From Diplonema japonicum (Eukaryota; Protista; Euglenozoa: Diplonemea), in NCBI GenBank assembly GCA_964019335.1, contig OZ025677.1:1-64000 (forward strand): a DNA stretch of 64,000 bases, given 5' to 3'. This document shows, piece by piece, positions 45,775 to 54,259 of the stretch (position 1 is the first letter of the stretch; every line of letters begins with the position of its first letter). Under the pieces are notes generated by a model that ran no database searches, was not told the origin of the DNA, and saw only the letters and a program-made list of their open reading frames with translations. The position numbers and the translations under genes are program-made.

Positions 45775-47328
45775 CTACGTTATGCGGTAGGAGCACTCCT
45801 CTTCTCTGATAACAACCCCGGAAGTGTGATTGTAGTTCCATGTTCTGTTACCGGGGAGGATGGTGCGAGGCCAGTATGGCACGGTCGGGTGGAATGTGGT
45901 GCATTTTTTGTTGGGGTGGTTGAAGGTAAACCCACTGCAATTTTTAAATACCGAACAAGACTCGCAACAAGCCTCCGGCGAGCTCACCTTTGCCAACGAC
46001 TCAACAACCTTGGTGTCATTACTTGTTGGAATATAGTAGAAATTCGACTCTATAAAGCACTTTTTGTGAAACCTGACGTTCGTTGACACAGGTAGGCCTA
46101 ACGAGATAAACCTGCTCCGAACGGCCCTGACGAAGCGAAGGACGGAAAAGGAAAGAAACCCGCTTAAATCAATGATATCGATGCTGGCCGGTCGCATTCC
46201 CCTGGAGTCCTCGTTTTTTCGCCGGATCTTCCTGTTGAAAAATTGTTTTGATTTCGTCCCGTAATGGTTCAACCCAATCCCGGCAGAGCAGCAGCTTGAC
46301 TTAAAACTCACCTCGGACTGATTTTTCATGTTCATGTCGTTCAGCCAGTTTTGACAGTCCTGCACGTCTGTACCCCATTGCTTCTCGAGACACGAAGGTG
46401 ATCTCCAATCTGATTCGTTTCCGTCCGTTGCTGGGTACAGTTTGTTCTTTCGCTTCCATTTGGTGGTGTTTGCTGGAACATGAACGTTTCCAAAATGATA
46501 TTCCGCGGCACAGTGTTTCGTGTTGTAAATGGTTTTTGTGTGCCTGCACTCCAAACAATACTCGAACGGTTTTGTAGAACACTGTTTGTGAAACGCGCGG
46601 TACCGCCCGTGGGTGACCTGCGAACAGTCGCCGCCTGACGATAGGAACGATTCTGTGAGAAGACCAAGAGGATGATAATCGAAACCATTTGTCCCGAATC
46701 GTTCCCAGCGAAGCGTTACCTGTGTTTGATAAGGGTCCGCACATGTTTTAATGAAATTGGACAGGGAGCACCCACTACGAGGGTATACAAATTCGTCTGT
46801 GTCGATGAAGAGCAGCCAGTTTACATGGGGTGCCGCGTGCCTCCCGCAGATTTTTGGAGCTTTGCAATTATCAACGATATTTTTGTTCGCAAGCTTGCCG
46901 AAGTCCTGTCCGTTCACAATCCGGCATCCAGGTTCATCGTTCTGTTGTTCTATTATTGTTACGAATCCGATTTTTTTGTAGTACTGAAGGATAGCTCGGG
47001 TTCCATCTTCTGTTCCTTCAATAGTGTCATCGATGACCCATATGTGGTCTACTCCTCCTAGAATTTGGAATTCGATCCATTCTCGTAGCCATGCGCCGCT
47101 GCCTCTTGTTTGGGTGCAAACGCCTAGTTCCCACTGATTTTTTTGTTTGATTCTTATTTGGGGTTCCTGTGGGGGTTGGGTTTCCGGTCCCGTCGTGGTT
47201 TTTTCGGCAGAAACGGTCTCCGACTGTTGTTTTTTCTCCTGTGTCAGTTCCTTCGCGCTGCTCCCCCACCTCAAACCCTCCAAGATCCCGACCACTATCA
47301 AAACCAACAGGATTTCCTGTTTGTTCAT
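45775..47328 (-). CDS. Type II membrane glycosyltransferase (GT92/GT2-like) with C-terminal PAN/apple domain
   Basis: N-terminal TM; WLREWIEF..GVDHIWVIDD, WLLFIDTDEFVYP and LNHYGTKS; CCESC..CSGFTF..KC PAN motif. Confidence 0.85.
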   Translation of the reverse strand: MNKQEILLVLIVVGILEGLRWGSSAKELTQEKKQQSETVSAEKTTTGPETQPPQEPQIRIKQKNQWELGVCTQTRGSGAWLREWIEFQILGGVDHIWVIDDTIEGTEDGTRAILQYYKKIGFVTIIEQQNDEPGCRIVNGQDFGKLANKNIVDNCKAPKICGRHAAPHVNWLLFIDTDEFVYPRSGCSLSNFIKTCADPYQTQVTLRWERFGTNGFDYHPLGLLTESFLSSGGDCSQVTHGRYRAFHKQCSTKPFEYCLECRHTKTIYNTKHCAAEYHFGNVHVPANTTKWKRKNKLYPATDGNESDWRSPSCLEKQWGTDVQDCQNWLNDMNMKNQSEVSFKSSCCSAGIGLNHYGTKSKQFFNRKIRRKNEDSRGMRPASIDIIDLSGFLSFSVLRFVRAVRSRFISLGLPVSTNVRFHKKCFIESNFYYIPTSNDTKVVESLAKVSSPEACCESCSVFKNCSGFTFNHPNKKCTTFHPTVPYWPRTILPGNRTWNYNHTSGVVIREEECSYRIT

Positions 47329-47713
47329 TTTCTTTCTTCTTTTCTTTTTTTTTTTTAGTTTCCGGGAGTAGTAAAAGTAACCATCAACCTTTTTTTTTTA
47401 AAATTGGGGGGGGTTTTTTTCTTCTCATAATAATAGTATAAAAAAAAAAACTTGTTTTAAAAATATTTAAACAAAGGGTGAGAGGGAAAAAAAAAAGGTT
47501 TTCGTAAAGGCACCACAGAAAAAAGAAACTGCGGTGCTTCCAAACAAAAACAAGAAAAGAGAGGGAGGGGGGAAAAAAAGTTATCCCCCCCCCCCCTCTC
47601 CCCCCTTTCCAACAGCAACAGAGTAAGAAAAAATATTGCAAGAGAAAAGAGTGAGGGGGGGGGGGGGGGAGTTTTATCTTTTCCGGTGGAGCACCCCCAC
47701 ACCGAAGTTTTTA

Positions 47714-48811
47714 TCAGTCAGTTACACCGAATTCTTTAAGGAAGCTTGTTGTCCCGCTCTCGATCAGATCCTTCGCAACCAATCCTTGCACGAGGTCGGG
47801 GTTGTTTTCAACAATAGCGTTGAACCCACATGAAGCTCCAAGCAACGCACCAAGACAGGACCCTCTGTTCACATTCTCCCCCCCCGCATTGGTACTAGCG
47901 AGCAAGGCGGTGCGGAACGCGTTCGGCGATTCACCATACTTGTAAGCAAAGTGAAGAACCGCGGGGTAGGACAGTTCGATAGGGCAAGGCACCATTGGGT
48001 CCTCAGGGGTTGCCTTGACATCAGATGCAAGCTTCCCCGAAGGATCGTGCTCGTCAGCAGCTTCCAAGACCGCCTCGCGCAGAGTCGCATCGCCTGATAA
48101 AACCCGTAAAAGAAGCTTGAAGAACAGAATCCCGTATCGTGGAAGCACGTCAGGTGAGTTTCGAATAGCCTGTATGGTGGATGCCACAGCTGTTTTGTCG
48201 GTCTCTTTTGAACCCTCACTCCCCGATGCAGCGTGCCTCGCTGCAGCAAGGATCACAACATTGACAAGTGCATCGATTGCATCCGAGCTTTTTGCCTCGT
48301 ATCCAGCACATTCCGAGTTTTTTCTGTCTTTTTTAACCCAGTTTCTGAAAAACATCCGATGGGCTGTTGCAGCGTAGGAGTCATTGTGCGCGGCAGGAGT
48401 TGTGAAAAGATCAACGTATTTAGAAAGAAAGTCTTCTACATGAACCGTGTATCCACCTCCGGATTCTGATTTCACGCATTCCATCAGAATCATGGCGATG
48501 GTTGCGTCCAGGGTGTTCTCGCCAGCTTGCATCCCAGTGTGGTAGTGGGCGCCTCTTCCCTTCTCGTAGCATGGTGTTTTCCCGTGTAGGATGACCTTCC
48601 CCACCAGGTCTTTGTCTGCCTCTGCGATGCTCATGTAGCTCCCGACGACCTTGTCCTTCGGTGCTTCGTACTTTTGGATTTTGTCGGGTCCGAAGTCCTT
48701 CGTGATGTTCTTCACATCGTAGTACCAGTGAACAGGCATAGACAGGGCGTCGCCAATGAACAGGCCGTAGAGGCAGCCCTTCAGCTTGTCGGATTTGGAA
48801 ATCGAAGACAT
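47714..48811 (-). CDS. ADP-ribosylglycohydrolase family protein
   Basis: LKGCLYGLFIGDALSMPVHWYYD, GENTLD and NAGGENVNRGSCLGALLGA. Confidence 0.88.
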   Translation of the reverse strand: MSSISKSDKLKGCLYGLFIGDALSMPVHWYYDVKNITKDFGPDKIQKYEAPKDKVVGSYMSIAEADKDLVGKVILHGKTPCYEKGRGAHYHTGMQAGENTLDATIAMILMECVKSESGGGYTVHVEDFLSKYVDLFTTPAAHNDSYAATAHRMFFRNWVKKDRKNSECAGYEAKSSDAIDALVNVVILAAARHAASGSEGSKETDKTAVASTIQAIRNSPDVLPRYGILFFKLLLRVLSGDATLREAVLEAADEHDPSGKLASDVKATPEDPMVPCPIELSYPAVLHFAYKYGESPNAFRTALLASTNAGGENVNRGSCLGALLGASCGFNAIVENNPDLVQGLVAKDLIESGTTSFLKEFGVTD

Positions 48812-48854
48812 CTTTGTGTGGAGGTTCTTTTTTTTTGTGTGGGCGTGAAAGAAG

Positions 48855-48891
<37 letters not shown>

Positions 48892-49147
48892 TAGTGACAC
48901 AAGTCAAACGGCGCTCAGTTGGGGTGAGCGTGCCGGGTGGGGGGTGGGGGGCATCTTTATCTTTTTTTGCCGAAAGCCAAATTGCGATCCATGTTACCCA
49001 GGTCTGTTTGTGCCTAAGGTGGGCCAATGTTTTGCCATATTCTTCTTGTTTCTGGCACAGACTTCCCTGAAATGACTCACTGACTCGCTTAAGGGGAGGT
49101 GTCGTTACGCACCTTAACCCGGCCAAAGGTCTTGCTGCCCCAGGAAA

Positions 49148-49217
49148 ATCTCCCCGAGAGTTGAACCCGTCATCCGCATGATTTCATGAGGATATACTGA
49201 CCTCTGTACTAAGGGAC
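49148..49217 (-). other. tRNA-like structure lacking a normal anticodon loop
   Basis: D-arm GTAC/GTAT, T-arm CGGG-TTCAACT-CTCG, long ATCC-CATGA/TCATG-GGAT hairpin in place of the anticodon arm. Confidence 0.45.
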
Positions 49218-49723
49218 TTTAAAAAAAAGAAATGACGAGACGGAGAGAGCCACAATATGAAAGGGGAAAAAAAGAGTTTCATAGCCCAGTAGCCTTTCGA
49301 AGGTTAACAAAAATACGAATCGTCTTTTTGTTTTGAAACGGGGGGGGGGGGGGGGGGGGGGGAAGACGATTACTGAATACAGAACGGACAGCTCCAGAGG
49401 ATTTTTTTTCGCTCCCTCCCCTTTTCTGGTTGGGTCAAATCTGCTGAGTCAGTCCGCTCGAGGGAAAAAAAGTAAAAGGTAAAGACGTTTATTTTTTCTT
49501 TCTTTCTTATTCTGTTCTTTTCTTTTTCTATCCCCCTTTTTTTTTTCTTCTTTTTTTTTTTTGTTTTGTTTTTTCCCCACGCACCGGCCCTTCTTAATTT
49601 CATTCCCCCTTTTTTTTTCTTCTTTTATATCAATCTTATCAAGAAAAAAAAAAAAAAAAAAAAAAGAGAAGAAAAAAGTTGTCATGATGAACACAGGGCA
49701 CCATGCACAAAACGCTCACTACA

Positions 49724-52501
49724 CTACGCCTCGACAAGAGACAGGAAGGCGACACCGTGAGGGGGGACATCCTGCGCTGTGTAGGAGCCGGAGAAGGCCC
49801 CCATATCCTGATGCTTCCACAAGTCCCTCACCTGCTGTTTGCTCCCAGCTGCGATCCCAATATCGGAAAAGATAAGCGGGATCGATGCGTTCCTGCCCCC
49901 GTCGAGGTTCAGCAGAAGAGCCGCACGTGTCTTCCCATCCGCAAGGGGTTTGAACCACAGCTCTGTCTCACACCCGTTCACCACACGGCTGTTGACACGG
50001 TACCCCTGTATCTTATTGTTCAAACCCAGGTCCTGGTTCACATTGATCACTTCCTTGTTGGCGAGAATGTCGAGTATTTCCTTAGGCATGTGGATGAGGT
50101 CCGTCCCAGCAAGCAGAGGCGACGCAGCTATGCACCACAAGCTGAAGTGGGTCACCTGTTCGGTGTAAGACAGCCCAACATCCCCCACCTCAAGCATGTC
50201 TGCATCATTGAAGTGCCCAGGGGTCGCGATGTTACGCATCAGGTTGCTAGCATTGATATTGTGCATCACAGATGAGAAGGTTGCCTGCACATCGCCTGAT
50301 GTCCTCCACAGATTGGCCACACCAGGGATCCACTGCCCACACCCAGTCGGGCTGTCACATGACTCCACAGACTGCACGATAAAGTGGCCTGTTGTGTTGT
50401 AGCACTCCTCGAAGGACTCGTGGAACTTGATCCAAGATGTATTGTCTTGCGGCCACCTTTCGCCTTTACAATTATCGATCTTCAAGTAGTCGATGCCCCA
50501 GTCACAGTAGGTCTTCCCGTCAATCATCTCATGTTTGTAAGCACCAGGCCTGTTTTGGCATGTGTACTGAGTCTGTGCTGTGTAGACACCGAACTTCATG
50601 CCCTTTGAGTGGGCATAGTCAGCAAGGGCCTTCATCCCCGAGGGGAACCTCACAGGGTCGGGGATGATCGTGCCGTTCGGCATGCGGGCCACCTGCCAAC
50701 AGTCGTCGATGTTCACGTACTCGTACCCAGCCGCCTGCATCCCGTTGCTCACCATCACGTCGATCACAGCCTTCACCGTCACCTCATCGATGTTGCAATG
50801 GTAGAAGTTCCAGCTGTTGAACCCCATTGGGGGTGACTGAATCATCCCTCCCTTAACATTCCTTCTGATGGTCGGTTCTTCTTCTTCTCGGGTGGTAAAA
50901 GAGTGTGAGAAGGGGCCCATCGGAAGCCCATCTCCGTTCTGAAGGATGCACTCCACGAAGTCGGTGCTCGCGTACCTCACAGCAGTGGGGGTCCCCGCAG
51001 CAGGGTTCGTCAGTGACACCTTGTCCCCAACCACCTTCGTCCCCGCAAAGGGAACCTGCACCCACTTCCCGCCGACCTCCAACTCGAACGGTGCACCCCC
51101 ACCCTGGCAACAGCGCGTGCAGCTGTTCGACGACCCGTTGATGTTCTTCCCAGTCACATCGCGCAGGGACATCCCGAACCCTGTCCCGTTCATGAGGCTC
51201 ACCAAGACCCCGGCCCCTTCCGTCACAGCCGCCGCCTCGAACACAGGCCCGCTGAAGTAGGTGTTCACAGGGAAGGGTGGGGCCCCAGCCTTGTCATTCG
51301 ACATCCTCCCTTGCACAGCGTAGGCCACGTGTACGGTCTGCAGAGCAAGTCGCCTCGACATCTCGTTCTTGTTGGGAGGGTGGTCGATGCCCCAAGCAGA
51401 GGCGCCCCCAAGGTCAATCCCAACAGCGATCCCAGAGATGTCGGTCTTCGACCCCACTCGAGGGACAAGGTCTGCCTCCGCAAGCCTGATAGCTGGGCGG
51501 CCCGTCCCATTCTGCTGGGGAAGGGGTGTGCCTGCAGGGACAGAGGGAGGGAGCTGCATCGCAAGGAAGGCGAAGTCACCAATCCTCTTCGCATCTCTCC
51601 AAGAAGAAACCATTGCTTGAAGGTAGCATGAGTAGTAGGCCTCCCTGTCGTAACCAGAAGGGAGCTTCTCGTCTGCATTCGCCTCCCCTTGATACCAGAT
51701 GGCTGAGCGGACGGCCATCTTGTTCACAGGAGCCACCATTGCGTTGTAGAGGACAGAGGCCTCCTGGTGACTGGTGGCGGGAACAGGTGGCATGGAGGAG
51801 CAGGTCTTGAAGGAGGATTCAGGCATCCACGCCTCGATCCTGGTGCCACCCCACGCGGAGAGCACAAGGCCCATGGGACGGCCGCCTGTGTGGAAGCGGG
51901 CAATGTCGCGAACTGTCATATAACAAACTGCAGAGAAGTCCATAATGTAGCCGGTGCTGTGAGCCTCGGCCGCCGTGACCCAGCTGGTGCAAGCATCGCC
52001 CACCTGACACGACCCATTGTTGAAGTTGAACTGCGGGGTGGGGCTGTAGCTGAGGGGTGCAGTGAAGAAGCGGAAGTTCGCAAAGTCGGCCTCCGTGAGG
52101 GACGAGGCCTCTGCGGTGGCATTGAAGGCATCCTTCAGGGGGAAGGCCATGTTCGACTGCCCAGAACAGAAGAACACATCCCCGTATGACACCTGGTCAG
52201 CTTTGTGAACAGGGCCGGATTCACCTTGAACAGTGAGGTAGCCCTTGTTGACAACCGATGACTGAGGGTCAAGCATGACCTCCCAGTCGCCTGAGGAGTC
52301 AGCGGTCACAGTGTAGACAGTGTTCGTGGCGGTGCCCTGAATGACCACCTTCTCGCCAGGGGAGGCTTTGCCGTTCAGGAAGCCACGGGCGCCGTATTCT
52401 TCATTGGTCTGGATCACCATGTTGTCACCGAACCAGTTTGGCATCTGAACCGCCCCCTCCGACAGGGCACAGAGGGACGCAAAGACCAGCCCTGCGCGCA
52501 T
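49724..52501 (-). CDS. Secreted sialate O-acetylesterase-like (SASA) plus GH27 alpha-galactosidase/NAGA fusion, paralog 1
   Basis: CSGQSNM, WYQGE and DHP (SGNH esterase); PPMGFNSW, NIDDCW, IDYLKID, WRTSGD and NDADMLEVG (GH27). Confidence 0.92.
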   Translation of the reverse strand: MRAGLVFASLCALSEGAVQMPNWFGDNMVIQTNEEYGARGFLNGKASPGEKVVIQGTATNTVYTVTADSSGDWEVMLDPQSSVVNKGYLTVQGESGPVHKADQVSYGDVFFCSGQSNMAFPLKDAFNATAEASSLTEADFANFRFFTAPLSYSPTPQFNFNNGSCQVGDACTSWVTAAEAHSTGYIMDFSAVCYMTVRDIARFHTGGRPMGLVLSAWGGTRIEAWMPESSFKTCSSMPPVPATSHQEASVLYNAMVAPVNKMAVRSAIWYQGEANADEKLPSGYDREAYYSCYLQAMVSSWRDAKRIGDFAFLAMQLPPSVPAGTPLPQQNGTGRPAIRLAEADLVPRVGSKTDISGIAVGIDLGGASAWGIDHPPNKNEMSRRLALQTVHVAYAVQGRMSNDKAGAPPFPVNTYFSGPVFEAAAVTEGAGVLVSLMNGTGFGMSLRDVTGKNINGSSNSCTRCCQGGGAPFELEVGGKWVQVPFAGTKVVGDKVSLTNPAAGTPTAVRYASTDFVECILQNGDGLPMGPFSHSFTTREEEEPTIRRNVKGGMIQSPPMGFNSWNFYHCNIDEVTVKAVIDVMVSNGMQAAGYEYVNIDDCWQVARMPNGTIIPDPVRFPSGMKALADYAHSKGMKFGVYTAQTQYTCQNRPGAYKHEMIDGKTYCDWGIDYLKIDNCKGERWPQDNTSWIKFHESFEECYNTTGHFIVQSVESCDSPTGCGQWIPGVANLWRTSGDVQATFSSVMHNINASNLMRNIATPGHFNDADMLEVGDVGLSYTEQVTHFSLWCIAASPLLAGTDLIHMPKEILDILANKEVINVNQDLGLNNKIQGYRVNSRVVNGCETELWFKPLADGKTRAALLLNLDGGRNASIPLIFSDIGIAAGSKQQVRDLWKHQDMGAFSGSYTAQDVPPHGVAFLSLVEA

Positions 52502-52581
52502 TTTATTTGTTATTACGTTTCCTTTGTCTCTTTTTCGGTTTCGGTTGGTTTTACATTGTCAAAAAATGCAACTGGCAATTC

Positions 52582-52818
52582 TCACGTTTCGACCCCCGCC
52601 ACTGCTGCCAACGCAGGTAGTGCTCGCATTTGTTCATAAATTGTAAAAAGCTCTTGCGGGCCACATGGTTTTAGCTCCATAACTGTCCCGTCATCACTCC
52701 GGCTTTTCAACATGTTTTTGCCGACCGCGGATGATATGACAGCTGCCTTGTCCTCAGGGGGAAGCTGGGTGAAGTTCTGCGCTATCCACCGCTGCATCTG
52801 AAGGGGCAACTTTGAATC
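52582..52818 (-). CDS. Short coding segment, possibly ET(BET)-like domain or orphan terminal exon
   Basis: GC-rich ORF QRWIAQNFTQLPPEDKAAVI..MELKPCGPQELFTIYEQM after a pyrimidine tract and AG. Confidence 0.35.
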   Translation of the reverse strand, partial: DSKLPLQMQRWIAQNFTQLPPEDKAAVISSAVGKNMLKSRSDDGTVMELKPCGPQELFTIYEQMRALPALAAVAGVET

Positions 52819-53384
52819 CTTTCGTAACGAAATAGCAAATAATAAGAGAAGAGAAAATTAAAAATAAAAAAAAGACGTTGGTTAAAAAAAAAAAAAAAAA
52901 AAAAAAAAGAAAGGGGTTTTCTGCGTCTGCTAAACAAGCAAGGTTGTTTTAGCGATTATTAAAAAAGAAAAGAGAGCGTAGCCAACAGAGAAACGACTTC
53001 GGACATCCTTTGCATGCCCCGTGACATGAAGGGAACGCAGTCCTTCAGTGACGGTAGTAAGGTAAGTCCACAGCACACCGAAGAAATATGTACTTTTTTT
53101 ATAAGAGGGGAAAAAAAACTAAACGAAATAAGAACCCCCTCCTTTTTTTTTTTGCAATCACACCGTGCCGGGTAGAAACCTGGAGAAGTTTACAAACCTA
53201 GAAGCCCGATGTGACAAGTCAAAATCAAAATTCTTTCGATTTATCTTTTTTTAGTAGTGAGATAGGGAAGGGAGCAGTAAGCATCATCGCACGCTGGTGG
53301 CCAGAGAAAGTGCCATACCACATTAGACACACCATGCCTCAGCAAGAATTTCACGATTTATTTTTTAACAGATGCCAGGAGAAG

Positions 53385-53599
53385 CTGTTTGCTCCCAGCT
53401 GCGATCCCAATGTCGGAAAAGATAAGCGGGATCGATGCGTTCCTGCCCCCGTCGAGGTTCAGCAGAAGAGCCGCACGTTCCCATCCGCAAGGGTTTGAAC
53501 CACAGCTCTGTCTCACGGTGGTCCTCTTCACGAGTTCATCATTGGTCTGCTTCTGAAGTGCCCCGACAGAGGGACGCATATTCCCAGCCCTGCGTGCAT
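53385..53599 (-). pseudogene. Collapsed third copy of the SASA-GH27 gene
   Basis: The first ~60 nt match the gene start, joined directly to ~155 nt from the gene 3' end. Confidence 0.85.
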
Positions 53600-54259
53600 T
53601 TCTTATTCTTTTTATTCGCCCTTTGCTATAGTTGTGTAAGGAATGTAAAAAAAGAATGAAGAGAAAGCCACTCCAAAACAGCGCAATTTGCAACAGCGTG
53701 TACCATCTTTTATTTGGGAAGAAAAGACAATGGAAAGTGATGTCTCTTGTGTGCAACAGGAAGAAAAGAAAAAAAAAAGAAAAACAAGGGAACGTTCGAC
53801 TTTCGGAGTGCAGTAAAAAAAAAAAAGAAAATAAGGGAAGGAAGGAAAGGCGAGGGAGGAAGAGATGTAAATGAAGAAGAAAAGAAAGAACTGTACGGAA
53901 CGGAGTAATGATCAAAGTTCACACGCTTATCACTGCCATGTGGATCTAAGCTTGCTTAAGCAAAGAGCGGCGACGAAACAAAATCTTTTTTTTTGTTTTT
54001 TTTTTTGTTTTTCCTTTTTTGTTTTCTAAAGAATAGTTGAGAAAATTAAGCAATACTATAGCTGAAGAGTTCTGCTAAACTACCCTTTTTTTTTTTTTTT
54101 TTTTTTTTTTTCTTTTTTTTATTTTGTTATATTCAGCTCACTTTTTGAATGGAGGGGAGGGAAAAGGATTTCACGATTTATTTTTTTTATCAGAAGCATA
54201 AATACACTACTCAACACAATGACCCACAACGACAAGCGAAACAATGTCATCTCACTACA

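Noticed and set aside
49087-49116. TTAA-flanked mini element (Kolobok-like)
   Set aside because: Too short, inverted repeat only 2-3 bp, single occurrence
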